A DNA stretch of 64,000 bases from positions 178 to 64,177 of the forward strand of contig JBGOZX010000006.1 of assembly GCA_041480425.1 (NCBI GenBank). The letters are read 5' to 3'. Of this stretch, positions 19,660-29,939 are shown in pieces (the stretch's first letter is position 1; every line of letters starts with the position of its first letter). The notes below the pieces were generated by a model. That model was not told where the DNA came from. It did no database searches and saw only the letters and a list, made by a program, of their open reading frames with translations. This DNA is from Bacteroidia bacterium. Lineage in GTDB: Bacteria; Bacteroidota; Bacteroidia; Bacteroidales; VadinHA17. The translations under genes and the position numbers were made by a program.

Positions 19660-22122
19660 TCATTCCCTGAAAAAGACTCTTTTTACTCTTCCCGGAATTG
19701 ATGTAAGTATTTCATAAGGGATAGTATTGCATTTATCTGCAATTTCATCGATTGAGATATTCTGACCAAAGATTTCAGCTTCATCTCCCTCTGCAGCATC
19801 CAACCCTGTAATATCAGCCATGCAAATGTCCATACAAATGTTTCCGATAAGCTGCACTCTTTTCCCCCTGATAATAAGACATCCATTCCTGTTCCCAAGT
19901 TTTCTGTTCAGGCCATCAGCGTAACCAACAGGCAGAATTGCAATAATACGGTCATTATCAGATACGTCTGCACAACCATAACCAACAGGATCACCGGCTG
20001 GTATCTTCTTCACCTGTGAAATCCTTGTTTTAAAGCGACCTGAAGTTCTGAGAGTAAGGCCATTATAACTTCCAACTCCATATATCCCGATACCTGGACG
20101 CACCATTTCGAATTGGTACTGTGGGAAACGATCTATACCTGCGGTATTGAGAATATGCCGCAGAAATGGATATCCGACTGCTGACCTGATTTTTGATACA
20201 GCCTCAAGAAAGAGATCTACCTGGTGGAAAGTAAAGTTATCAAGAGATGGATCTTCGCTGCCAGCCAGATGAGAAAAAACAGACATCACCCTTATGCAAT
20301 CCAGATCTTTTATCCTTGCAGCCAATTCATCAATATCATCCGGCATGAAGCCAAGCCGGTGCATGCCGGTATCTATTTTAAGATGCACAGGATATTGGTA
20401 TAGACCATGTTTCGAAGCAGCTTCTGTGAATTTTTCAAGCGACGAAAAACTAAATATCTCAGGCTCAAGATTATATTTAATCAGCAATCCGGTAGCAGAT
20501 GGATCGGGATTCATAACCATTACCGGAAGGGTCACCCCGGCATTTCTTAGTTCAACGCCTTCATCGGCACAGGCAACAGCAAGATAACTTACGCGGTGGT
20601 ACTCCAGCAGACTGGCGATTTCACCAGGTCCTGCTCCATAAGCAAAAGCCTTCACCATTGCCATAATGCGTGTTCCAGGATTTAAATGTCTTCTGAACTC
20701 ATTCAGGTTGTGGGATATGGCATCCAGGCTGATCTCCAGAACAGTCATATGTATCTGCTGTTCAAGCACTTCCCCAATCTTTTCAAATTCAAAGATCCTT
20801 GCTCCCTTTATTAATATTATCTCATTTCTGAATTCGGCACCATTGAAACTATGAACAAATTCATCAGTGGAATAGAAAAACCTGGCATTCTTTTCAAATA
20901 AAGAACTATTCCTGTTAAGTGCTTTCCCGATACCTATGAATTTATCAATCCCAATTCTCTTAAGTAAGCCTGCCACTTCGCTGTAAAGCTCCTCTTCGTT
21001 CCTTCCACTCTGGATAAAATCGGAAAGGATGAGAGTGGTTTTCCTGTTGTTCTGTGACTTTAGAAACTCAAGAGCCATTCCCAGCGATCCCGGATCGGAG
21101 TTGTAATAATCTTCAATAAGATGACAGTTATTAATACCACTCTTCATCTCCATTCTCATTGCTACGGAAACAAGTTCCGAGAGCCCCTTCCTTATAATGC
21201 TGGTCTCAATGCCCAATGCCAGACAAACGGCCGCAACAGTGATTGAATTTTCAACTGAAGCACGGTCACTGAATGGGATTTCAAAATCATTTGTTATGCC
21301 CCTGTATCTTATTTCAATACCAGTATGACCTCCGGGTAGTGATCTCTTTTTAACAAAAATTTTAGAGTCTGTTTCTTTATATGACCAGTCAATCAGGTTT
21401 TTCGATTTAAGATTATCATCCCTTAATATAAGCTGTTTGACAAGATAATGGTCACTGCAATATATTATCATTGAAGCATTTACAAAAAGTTTTAGCTTTT
21501 CGCGGGTTTTTATTTCGTTGTCAGGAAAGTTCTCACTGTGTGCATCGCCAATGTTGGTAATAATCCCAATTTCCGGGTCAATGATCCTCTGAAGTTTTTC
21601 CATTTCCCCGGGTAACGATATTCCTGCTTCGAATATTCCAAATCTGTATTTATCATCGAGTTTCAACACCGAAAGAGGCACCCCAACCTGCGAGTTATAG
21701 CTTTTCGGGCTCCTCACAACTGCTGTTGTTAAACCAATTACATCGGCCAGCCATTCTTTTACCACAGTTTTTCCGGCACTCCCTGTAACAGCAATTACAG
21801 TTGATTTAAAGCTGGCTCTTTTGTAAGCTGCCATAAGCTGAAGCGCATCTATAGTATCATTGTGTACTATAAAAGCGGCATCGGGGTATTTCCCGGTATC
21901 ATCAGGCATCTTATTGACGAGAAAAACCCTTATTCCTTTCTGATAAAGGGTGTCAACATACTGATGGCCATCGTGATTTAATCCCCGGATGGCAAAAAAT
22001 GCCACTCCTTCAGTAAAGCTTATCTGCCGGCTATCAGTCACAATCTCATTTACAACTATATCAGTTAACCCGGTCAGTTCCCCTTTTGTGATCTTTGCAA
22101 TATCTGAAGAAGTAAACTTCAC
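19660..22122 (-). CDS. alr: Bifunctional MurF / alanine racemase fusion
   Basis: Mur ligase motifs TDSR, VTGSAGKT, SYNSQVG, DYYNSD; Alr motifs MVKAFAYG, HLKIDTGMHRLG, VGYADG, CMD; GTG start. Confidence 0.95.
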   Translation of the reverse strand: MKFTSSDIAKITKGELTGLTDIVVNEIVTDSRQISFTEGVAFFAIRGLNHDGHQYVDTLYQKGIRVFLVNKMPDDTGKYPDAAFIVHNDTIDALQLMAAYKRASFKSTVIAVTGSAGKTVVKEWLADVIGLTTAVVRSPKSYNSQVGVPLSVLKLDDKYRFGIFEAGISLPGEMEKLQRIIDPEIGIITNIGDAHSENFPDNEIKTREKLKLFVNASMIIYCSDHYLVKQLILRDDNLKSKNLIDWSYKETDSKIFVKKRSLPGGHTGIEIRYRGITNDFEIPFSDRASVENSITVAAVCLALGIETSIIRKGLSELVSVAMRMEMKSGINNCHLIEDYYNSDPGSLGMALEFLKSQNNRKTTLILSDFIQSGRNEEELYSEVAGLLKRIGIDKFIGIGKALNRNSSLFEKNARFFYSTDEFVHSFNGAEFRNEIILIKGARIFEFEKIGEVLEQQIHMTVLEISLDAISHNLNEFRRHLNPGTRIMAMVKAFAYGAGPGEIASLLEYHRVSYLAVACADEGVELRNAGVTLPVMVMNPDPSATGLLIKYNLEPEIFSFSSLEKFTEAASKHGLYQYPVHLKIDTGMHRLGFMPDDIDELAARIKDLDCIRVMSVFSHLAGSEDPSLDNFTFHQVDLFLEAVSKIRSAVGYPFLRHILNTAGIDRFPQYQFEMVRPGIGIYGVGSYNGLTLRTSGRFKTRISQVKKIPAGDPVGYGCADVSDNDRIIAILPVGYADGLNRKLGNRNGCLIIRGKRVQLIGNICMDICMADITGLDAAEGDEAEIFGQNISIDEIADKCNTIPYEILTSIPGRVKRVFFRE

Positions 22123-22123
22123 A

Positions 22124-22708
22124 TTATAGTTTTTTTAAAGCCTTGTTATAACAAACTCTGCATAGAGGCTCGTATATATCTTTTTCCCCCAGAAGTACTA
22201 CTTGAGGTTCTTCTGATTTCCGGAATGAATATTGGGCCAGATTACCGCATTTCATACAAATTGCATGAATCTTTGTGACATATTCTGCTATTGAAAGAAG
22301 TGCAGGCATAGGGCCAAAAGGCTTTCCAAGAAAATCCATGTCGAGACCGGCAACTAAAACCCTTATACCGTTATCAGCCAGACTATTACAAACATCAACT
22401 ATTGAATTGTCAAAAAACTGAGCTTCATCAATTCCTACCACATCAACATTGCCGGCAAGCAGAAGAATTGATGAAGCGTTATCCACAGGAGTTGATAGAA
22501 TTGATTTTTCGTCATGCGACACAACTCTGTTCTCTGAATAACGTTTATCAAGTGACGGTTTAAATATCTCAACCTTCAATCCCGCAAACTGGGCTCTGCG
22601 CAGTCTTCGTATCAGTTCTTCAGTCTTTCCTGAAAACATTGAACCAGTAATGACCTCGACAGATCCGTGTTTCCCGGGCACTCCGACTGAATTCTCAAGA
22701 AATTCCAT
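22124..22708 (-). CDS. tdk: Thymidine kinase
   Basis: [24 protein letters not shown], Zn-binding CMKC/CRVC. Confidence 0.97.
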   Translation of the reverse strand: MEFLENSVGVPGKHGSVEVITGSMFSGKTEELIRRLRRAQFAGLKVEIFKPSLDKRYSENRVVSHDEKSILSTPVDNASSILLLAGNVDVVGIDEAQFFDNSIVDVCNSLADNGIRVLVAGLDMDFLGKPFGPMPALLSIAEYVTKIHAICMKCGNLAQYSFRKSEEPQVVLLGEKDIYEPLCRVCYNKALKKL

Positions 22709-22826
22709 CCTCAATTAATGTCTGTTTCCGAAATGCGAAATGTAATTTTATTCCGTTATGACTTGTGGAATAATAGTTACTTTTGCAAAATAAGGAAAAT
22801 GGTTTGGTATATTAACATCAAAAGGT

Positions 22827-23528
22827 ATGGATTTAAATGCAACCATTGATATAATTATTAAAGACCTCAACGAGGCAAGGGAAATTATAGATGATCTGAA
22901 AAAATATCCTGGTGTCCCTGCGTTGCAGATTGAGCTGGCAAAGTCGAAGTGTAAAAGTGCAGCAGAAGTTATTGCACTTCTTAAAAGTACACAGGATAAA
23001 ACAACTACAGGGAAAGAAGTTAAGATCCAAGTAGAAGAAATAATTGTTGTTGATGAGGTAATTACTAAAGAAATCCCCCTGATTCAGACTTCTGAGGAAG
23101 AACAGAGGCAGGTTATTTCTGTACAAGTTACCGAAGAAGTGCCGGAGAAAAAGGAAGAGCCCAAACAGGCAGTGAAAAAAATAACCGAATCTGCAATTAT
23201 TGCAGACCAGTTCAGCAATATGCCGACTAGTTTTAATGAACAGCTTGGTAGTCTGAAGCATGAAGATGATATATCGGAAATCCTGAAGACAAAACCTTTG
23301 GCTAACCTGTCGGATGCTATTGGTGTAAATGACAGGTTTTTCTTCATAAGGGAGATTTTCAACGGCAATCATGAGTCTTATTATCAGGCAATATCAAAAC
23401 TTGATATAGTTGACAGTCTGTCTGATGCCATGGCCGTCATAATGAGTTACACCGGAGAGAATGTTGATAATTACGCTGTTAAGCAGCTCATTGCCCTGGT
23501 AAAACGTAAGCTTCCGTCTAATGAGTAA
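22827..23528 (+). CDS. Conserved Bacteroidota hypothetical protein
   Basis: Helical N-terminus, acidic low-complexity linker, C-terminal AIGVNDRFFFIREIFNG motif; overlaps the rsmI start. Confidence 0.7.
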   Translation: MDLNATIDIIIKDLNEAREIIDDLKKYPGVPALQIELAKSKCKSAAEVIALLKSTQDKTTTGKEVKIQVEEIIVVDEVITKEIPLIQTSEEEQRQVISVQVTEEVPEKKEEPKQAVKKITESAIIADQFSNMPTSFNEQLGSLKHEDDISEILKTKPLANLSDAIGVNDRFFFIREIFNGNHESYYQAISKLDIVDSLSDAMAVIMSYTGENVDNYAVKQLIALVKRKLPSNE

Positions 23529-24195
23529 ACTTTTCCTGGTACCTACTCCTATTGGTAATCTAAAAGATATTACATACAGGGCTGTTGAAGTTCTAGGAAG
23601 TGTTAACCTTATCCTTGCCGAGGATACGAGGCAGGCAAGGAAACTGTTAAACCATTACAACATAGTTTCGCCACTGCAGTCGCATCACATGTTCAATGAG
23701 CATAAAAGTGTGGAAGCAGTCTGTTCAAAGATCCTGTCAGGAATTAGTATTGCGTTAATCTCGGATGCAGGTACTCCAGGCATTTCAGATCCCGGGTTCC
23801 TGCTTGTCAGAACTTGTGTTGAAAAAGGGATAACTGTTGAAACCCTTCCTGGCCCGACTGCACTTATTCCTGCATTAGTAAACTCAGGACTTCCTTGTGA
23901 CAGGTTTTGTTTTGAGGGTTTTCTTCCACCTAAAAAGGGAAGAAATAAAAGACTATCAGTTTTAAAGGAAGAGCAAAGAACCATGGTGTTTTATGAATCC
24001 CCTTACCGGGTTATCAAAACGCTTGATGAATTGGCCTCATATTTTGGTCCCGAGCGTGAAGCATGTGTTTCAAGAGAGTTATCTAAAGTTTTTGAAGAAA
24101 ATGTACGGGGTTCATTGTCATTTTTATCAGACTATTATAAAAATAAACCACCTAAAGGTGAGATTGTTATAGTTGTTGCAGGTAAAAAATTATGA
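23521..24195 (+). CDS. rsmI: 16S rRNA C1402 2'-O-methyltransferase
   Basis: VPTPIGNL, AEDTR, SDAGTPGISDPG, FEGFLP, YESPYR, RELSK. Confidence 0.97.
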   Translation: MSKLFLVPTPIGNLKDITYRAVEVLGSVNLILAEDTRQARKLLNHYNIVSPLQSHHMFNEHKSVEAVCSKILSGISIALISDAGTPGISDPGFLLVRTCVEKGITVETLPGPTALIPALVNSGLPCDRFCFEGFLPPKKGRNKRLSVLKEEQRTMVFYESPYRVIKTLDELASYFGPEREACVSRELSKVFEENVRGSLSFLSDYYKNKPPKGEIVIVVAGKKL

Positions 24196-26936
24196 TTCAG
24201 ACAGATACAGGATTACGACTTTTTAATATGAAGATAATAATCCAGTTTACCCTGTTTCTTCTTTTTACGTCTCCTTTTCTTGAAGCTCAGATACTTAAGG
24301 GAAAGATCACAGATAAATCAGGAGAAGCAGTTCAGTATGCAACTGTATATATCCAGGAACTTAAGCAGGGAACAACATCCAATACAAAAGGAGACTATGA
24401 AATAAAGCTTCCCGCCGGAAATTATATGGTTATTTATCAGAGCCTTGGCTATGAGCCGGTGGTCGTGAATTTAAATATTACTGATAGTACAATAATCCGT
24501 GATGTTGTTTTACCTGAACAATACTACGAAATACCGGAAGTGAGAATCACTGCATCAGGTGAAGATCCTGCCTATATTATAATGAGAAAAGCCATTGGCC
24601 TTGCCCCCTTCTATCTGAATCACATAAGTTACTATAAAGCTGATGTTTACCTGAAAGGTAATCTTGTTATCAAAAGGATCCCGAAGCTGCTTAAGAAATC
24701 GATGGCAATGAAAAGATCAGGCGAAAATACTACCGTTTCATCTGGCGGCAAACCTCAAAATGATTCTAAAATACTTAAAGAAGGAGATTCATTTCTTATG
24801 GAATCGTTTAATGAGATTGAATTTACAGCACCCGACAAATATGTTCAGAAAGTAATCTCCTACAACAGTACATTCCCGGAGCAGGGAAATGAGATTTCTC
24901 CAATGGATTACATTCAGGCAAGCTTTTATCAGCCTGTAATTGCTGAAATGGCAATTTCTCCCCTTTCACCGGAAGCATTTTCATATTATAATTTCAAGTA
25001 TCTCGGTGCCTCAGCTCAGGGCAACTTTACAATAAATAAGATAGAGGTCATTCCAAAACGTAAGAGCCAGCAGTTATTTGCAGGGACCATTTATATCATC
25101 GATGATCTCTGGTGTCTTCATAGTGTTGACCTTACAAACAAAAATATTGTCGGGGAAATACGGATACAGCAATTATATATTCCTGTTCAGGATGAAATCT
25201 GGATGCCGGTGAGTCATAAGTTTGACATCAATATCGGAATTATGGGGATCAAGGCCGATGCAGGTTATGGAAGTTCTGTCAGGTATCTCGAAGTCAGGCC
25301 TAACAAGGCTTTACAGAGACCAAATTCAATCACCTCCGATCATACCGGGAGATATTCTGTTTCCGATACCGGAATGACAAAAACAAAACAGCAGATTGAA
25401 AAGATCCTGCAGAAGGAAGAACTGACAAATCGCGAAATGGTCAGGCTGGCCAATCTGATTGAAAAAGAGTCTGCTGAAAGTACCGCTGACAGCATTAAAA
25501 AGAATCTTGAAATAAAGGATAATACAACATATATTGTTGAAAAGGATGCCGGCAAAAAAGATAGTGCCTACTGGGCTGAAATAAGGCCTGTCCCGTTGTC
25601 GGATATTGAAATAAGGAGCCTGAGAGTAAGCGACAGTATTAAATCTTCTTTAAATCTTGCCAGGGATATTCAAAAGGATTCTGTCGGTCAGCAGGAAAAG
25701 AAAAAGAAGAGTGTATTCCTGAATTTTGTTAAGAATGTGACAATGGGTCATACCTGGTCGGATACGACCGGGTTCAGTTTCACGAATGGCGGTCTTATTG
25801 AATTGAAAAACCTCAGTTTTAATACAGTTGATGGATTTGTTTACGGAGTTGATTTCCGGATTTCAAAGTCGTGGAAAAATGGCAGGAGTTTATCACTTTA
25901 CCCCGATATCCGCTACTCTTTCAGTCGTGAAAAATTTATGTGGAGAGCAAATGCAAATTATTCAACCGGCGGGATGAAACAGAAACAAATATTCATCCGG
26001 TCGGGCATGATAAGCAAGGATATTAACACTGGTGGAGGGATAAACCCGTTGATTAACACAGTTACTTCGCTTCTGATGAAGAGAAACTACCTTAAGCTGT
26101 ACGAGAGCTGGTACTTTACCGTTGGTTACAGGAGTGAGATTATTAATGGATTATCTCTGGAGATAAGCGCAAATTATGATGATCGGAAAGTGCTTGACAA
26201 TACCACAGGTTTTTCTTTAATTAAATCATCTCGCACATACTCCGAAAATATTCCGGATAATGATTACCTGGCCCCTGGTTCAAATCCTGTAAATACTCTC
26301 CGTAATCACCAACACCTTGATTTTGTAACAAATGTTACATTTACCCCTGACCAGAAATATAGTATTTATAAAAGTAATAAGGTGCCAAGGGGATCAGACT
26401 GGCCTACCTTCATGTTCACCTGGAAACACGGATTAAATCAATTTTCTAAACTGTCAGACAAATTTCAACATTTCGACATGTTCAGGTTTGAGGTGTCAAA
26501 AAGACGGGATATCGGAGCTTTCAGTGAATTCAGGTGGAGAGTCAGAACAGGTGCTTTTGCGGATAATACCGGATTAACTTATTTCGACTTTTTTCATTTT
26601 AACTCTCAACCTCTTCTTTTGCTGATTGATAATTATGAAGATTCATTTATGCTCCCGGCGTATTATTCATTAAGCACACCTGAATTTTTCGGGGAACTCC
26701 ATCTGAAATATACTACACCATACCTGATTTTAAAGCTTCTACCCGGATTAAGTAACACTCTTATGCGCGAAAACCTCAGTCTATCGTATCTTGGCTCACG
26801 CTATCACAGTAATTATACTGAAATTGGTTATAGTTTAAGTGAGGTCTTTTTCCTTGGTGAGATAGGAGTTTTCGTCGGATTCAATAATGTTAAATACAGA
26901 AGTGTCGGTGCAAAGATTGTTCTGCGGTTTAATTAA
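24192..26936 (+). CDS. Carboxypeptidase-regulatory-like + DUF5686 outer-membrane protein
   Basis: Signal peptide, GKITDKSGEAVQYATV, SLGY, EDPAYIIMRKAI, ISPLS, FNTVDG, beta-barrel-like C-terminus. Start may be the ATG of MKIIIQF. Confidence 0.8.
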   Translation: MIQTDTGLRLFNMKIIIQFTLFLLFTSPFLEAQILKGKITDKSGEAVQYATVYIQELKQGTTSNTKGDYEIKLPAGNYMVIYQSLGYEPVVVNLNITDSTIIRDVVLPEQYYEIPEVRITASGEDPAYIIMRKAIGLAPFYLNHISYYKADVYLKGNLVIKRIPKLLKKSMAMKRSGENTTVSSGGKPQNDSKILKEGDSFLMESFNEIEFTAPDKYVQKVISYNSTFPEQGNEISPMDYIQASFYQPVIAEMAISPLSPEAFSYYNFKYLGASAQGNFTINKIEVIPKRKSQQLFAGTIYIIDDLWCLHSVDLTNKNIVGEIRIQQLYIPVQDEIWMPVSHKFDINIGIMGIKADAGYGSSVRYLEVRPNKALQRPNSITSDHTGRYSVSDTGMTKTKQQIEKILQKEELTNREMVRLANLIEKESAESTADSIKKNLEIKDNTTYIVEKDAGKKDSAYWAEIRPVPLSDIEIRSLRVSDSIKSSLNLARDIQKDSVGQQEKKKKSVFLNFVKNVTMGHTWSDTTGFSFTNGGLIELKNLSFNTVDGFVYGVDFRISKSWKNGRSLSLYPDIRYSFSREKFMWRANANYSTGGMKQKQIFIRSGMISKDINTGGGINPLINTVTSLLMKRNYLKLYESWYFTVGYRSEIINGLSLEISANYDDRKVLDNTTGFSLIKSSRTYSENIPDNDYLAPGSNPVNTLRNHQHLDFVTNVTFTPDQKYSIYKSNKVPRGSDWPTFMFTWKHGLNQFSKLSDKFQHFDMFRFEVSKRRDIGAFSEFRWRVRTGAFADNTGLTYFDFFHFNSQPLLLLIDNYEDSFMLPAYYSLSTPEFFGELHLKYTTPYLILKLLPGLSNTLMRENLSLSYLGSRYHSNYTEIGYSLSEVFFLGEIGVFVGFNNVKYRSVGAKIVLRFN

Positions 26937-26939
26937 TTT

Positions 26940-28463
26940 TTATGCAAAAGGAGGTTCATCCTGAATATCAGATTCGTGATCGAAGCCGCCTCCGAGTCTT
27001 CTGAGGTTATCATGATTCATTTTTGAGCCAAGAATTATACTCTGTGAACCTTCCTTCATTTCAGGACTGCTTCCGATATCAAAATCATCAATATCCACGA
27101 ACTGAGCTTTCTCTTCGCGAAAACGCAGGCGGACATCGTCAACAGGACCATTGCGGTTTTTTGCAAGAATGATTTCTGCTATTCCTTTTGTTGAGGATCC
27201 GTCTTCAAATGCTGGTATCCCGAATTTGTCCTGACGGTGAATAAATACCACCATATCGGCATCCTGTTCAATTGCGCCTGATTCGCGGAGGTCAGAAAGA
27301 AGCGGCCGTTTGGTTCCTCCTCTCATCTCTACAGATCTGTTTAATTGCGACAATGCCAGAATCGGAACATTAAGCTCTTTGGCAATACTTTTGAGTGAAC
27401 GGGAGATATTACTTACCTCCTGTTCCCGGCTGCCAGCATTTTCAGGCCCCGACATAAGCTGAAGGTAATCGACTATCACTATGTCAAGTTTATGCTGTGC
27501 CATCAGGCGTCGGCATTTGGCTCTGAGCTCAAATATTGAAATCGCCGGTGTATCATCGATGAAAATTGGCGCCTGAACAAGTTTTTTTATCCTCGAATCA
27601 AGCTGTTTCCATTCTTCCTCTGTAAGACGCCCGTTCTTTATTTTTTCCCCGGCGATATCAGTCTCAGCAATTATCAATCTGTTTACCAGTTGAATAGAAG
27701 ACATTTCGCATGAGAATATTGCTACTTTTTTACCATGATCAATTGCCATGTTCCTTGCCATGGAGAGTGCGAAAGCGGTTTTCCCCATTGAGGGACGGCC
27801 AGCGATAATTATCAGCTCCGATTTCTGCCATCCTGAAGTGAGCCGGTCAAGCTTTGTAAAGCCAGAGGGAGTACCTACCAGTGCATCTTCCCTTTTACCC
27901 GCTTCTTCAATCTCCCTTATAGCTTCCTTTATGACCATATTTATAGGTGAGACCTCCCTTTTAATGTTCCCTTCGGCTATCTGGAAAAGTTCGTTTTCGG
28001 AATAGTCGAGCAGTTCGGTTACATCATAAGTATCGTCAAAAGACCTGTTCTGTATTTCTGTTGAAACTCTGATAAGCTCGCGCTGTATATACTTCTGAGC
28101 CACAATTCTTGCATGATAATCGACATGAGCTGCAGAAACAACTTTTGAAGTAAGCTGGGTAAGGTATACCGGACCACCGACACTTTCGAGCTCATCATGA
28201 GCTTTAAGCTCTTCAGTAACAGTGTAAAGATCGACAGGATATTCCTTTGCCGAAAGGTCGGAAATAGCTTTAAAGATTTTTTGATGAGCCTCCCTGTAAA
28301 AACTCTCCGGCCTAAGGATATCAAGTATGGTAATCACTGCCTCTTTTTCAAGCATAATCGCACCAAGAACTGCCTCCTCCATATCATTTGCCTGAGGTGG
28401 TACCTTCCCAAAATCTGGTAATTGGGTATTGACCGGACGTGCACTGGTTTTTTGTCTTGCCAT
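26940..28463 (-). CDS. dnaB: Replicative DNA helicase
   Basis: PPQ, AGRPSMGKT, VDYLQLM, LSQLNRSVE, SDLRESGAIEQDAD, KNRNG; no intein. Confidence 0.98.
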   Translation of the reverse strand: MARQKTSARPVNTQLPDFGKVPPQANDMEEAVLGAIMLEKEAVITILDILRPESFYREAHQKIFKAISDLSAKEYPVDLYTVTEELKAHDELESVGGPVYLTQLTSKVVSAAHVDYHARIVAQKYIQRELIRVSTEIQNRSFDDTYDVTELLDYSENELFQIAEGNIKREVSPINMVIKEAIREIEEAGKREDALVGTPSGFTKLDRLTSGWQKSELIIIAGRPSMGKTAFALSMARNMAIDHGKKVAIFSCEMSSIQLVNRLIIAETDIAGEKIKNGRLTEEEWKQLDSRIKKLVQAPIFIDDTPAISIFELRAKCRRLMAQHKLDIVIVDYLQLMSGPENAGSREQEVSNISRSLKSIAKELNVPILALSQLNRSVEMRGGTKRPLLSDLRESGAIEQDADMVVFIHRQDKFGIPAFEDGSSTKGIAEIILAKNRNGPVDDVRLRFREEKAQFVDIDDFDIGSSPEMKEGSQSIILGSKMNHDNLRRLGGGFDHESDIQDEPPFA

Positions 28464-28672
28464 CAATCTATATTGCTGATTTATTGATACTTAGAAGAAT
28501 AAGATTTATTTCCGGTGTAGTCCAAAGGTATGAATAACCATATTCATTAATCCAAAAAGGGATCTATTTTATTACAAACAAACTTATGTTAAAAACTTGT
28601 TGAAAAACCAAAAAGTAAATCATTAACACCAAAATCCAAAGCATATGGTAATTTTGTATCAAATACCCAACG

Positions 28673-29491
28673 ATGGTCATTTTTCCAAAAGCTAAAATAA
28701 ACCTGGGTTTGAATATAACAAGGAAGCGTCCTGACGGTTTTCATGACATCGAAACCATTTTTTATCCAGTCAGTTTCTGTGATGCCCTTGAGCTGGTAGC
28801 CAATGGAAAAGAGGCAAAAGAGGATTTACTTAAAGTAACCGGTCTCAACACAGGTGGCAAACCTGAAAATAATCTGGTATTCACAGCAGTAAGAAAGCTC
28901 AGGGAAAACCATTCCTTTCCTCTATTAAAAATTCATCTCCACAAGAGGATTCCAATAGGAGCCGGTCTGGGCGGTGGATCGTCAGATGCAGCCTCTGTAC
29001 TTAAAATAATAAACAGATGTTTCAGGCTCTCTTTGAGCACAGAAGAGCTGAAAGCAATATCTCTCGGGTTAGGCAGTGACTGTCCGTTTTTTATTGATAG
29101 TCAGCCAGCTTTTGCTTCCGGAAGGGGTGAAATGCTAAAACCTGTGAACCCTGTTATGGAAGGATTTCAGATTGTACTTGTCAATCCTGGTGTTGGGATC
29201 AGTACAAGGGAGGCTTATGAGAATTGTATACCGGACGAACCTCCGGCCAGCTTAACGGAAATGATCAATCATCCTGTTTCAGAATGGAAAGATCTGATAA
29301 TAAACGATTTTGAAAAAACTACCTTTAAAAAATACCCGCAGATAGGTACCCTCAAGAATATTTTATACGAATCTGGTGCGATCTACAGTTCGATGTCTGG
29401 AAGCGGATCCACGGTATATGGGATTTTTAACCGGAAGCCGGTGGTGCCTGATAAGATTAAGGATCTTGTAATTTATGAGGGGGTGCTTTAA
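28673..29491 (+). CDS. ispE: 4-diphosphocytidyl-2-C-methyl-D-erythritol kinase
   Basis: AKINLGL, KRIPIGAGLGGGSSDAA, GSDCPFF, SMSGSGST. Confidence 0.97.
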   Translation: MVIFPKAKINLGLNITRKRPDGFHDIETIFYPVSFCDALELVANGKEAKEDLLKVTGLNTGGKPENNLVFTAVRKLRENHSFPLLKIHLHKRIPIGAGLGGGSSDAASVLKIINRCFRLSLSTEELKAISLGLGSDCPFFIDSQPAFASGRGEMLKPVNPVMEGFQIVLVNPGVGISTREAYENCIPDEPPASLTEMINHPVSEWKDLIINDFEKTTFKKYPQIGTLKNILYESGAIYSSMSGSGSTVYGIFNRKPVVPDKIKDLVIYEGVL

Positions 29492-29591
29492 ACCTCATCC
29501 CCAAGCCCCTTCTCCTAAAAGAGAAGGGGCTAATATTCTGCATATAAACATTTTAGCCCCTCTCCTTCAGGAGAGGGGTATGGGGTGAGGT
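29492..29591. repeat. REP/REPIN-like double-hairpin palindromic element between convergent genes
   Basis: Outer arms ACCTCATCCCCA / TGGGGTGAGGT enclose two hairpins, GCCCCTTCTC-N6-GAGAAGGGGC and CCCCTCTCC-TTCA-GGAGAGGGG. Confidence 0.75.
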
Positions 29592-29595
29592 GTCA

Positions 29596-29913
29596 TCATT
29601 CCAGTTCAAGCAGCACTGTCCCCTTTGACACTTTATCTCCCTTTTTAACAGAAATCTGTTTTATTTTACCATCAGTGTTGCATTTAAGTTTATTCTGCAT
29701 CTTCATGGCATCGAGAATAATCAGGTCATCCCCCAATTTTACATTTTGACCCTCTGTTACCAGGATATTAATGACAGTACCGGGGATAAAATTCAGGATA
29801 ATACGTGGATCAACAGGTTCATAAGCTTTCCTGTTCACAAATTTTGTACTGAGCCTTGTTTTGTATAAGCTGGTATCGATATTGAGTACTCCGAGATTAT
29901 CTTCTTTCTTCAT
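29596..29913 (-). CDS. Biotin carboxyl carrier protein
   Basis: IPGTV...DAMKMQN biotinyl-lysine motif; start taken at MKKEDN. Confidence 0.9.
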   Translation of the reverse strand: MKKEDNLGVLNIDTSLYKTRLSTKFVNRKAYEPVDPRIILNFIPGTVINILVTEGQNVKLGDDLIILDAMKMQNKLKCNTDGKIKQISVKKGDKVSKGTVLLELE

Positions 29914-29939
29914 GTTTTTATTTTTCAAGATGCTTTTAA

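Noticed and set aside
22833-23372. 179-aa and 94-aa minus-strand ORFs
   Set aside because: Shadows of the Glu/Lys-rich plus-strand gene.
26940-28463. Possible intein in dnaB
   Set aside because: Normal length and contiguous helicase motifs.
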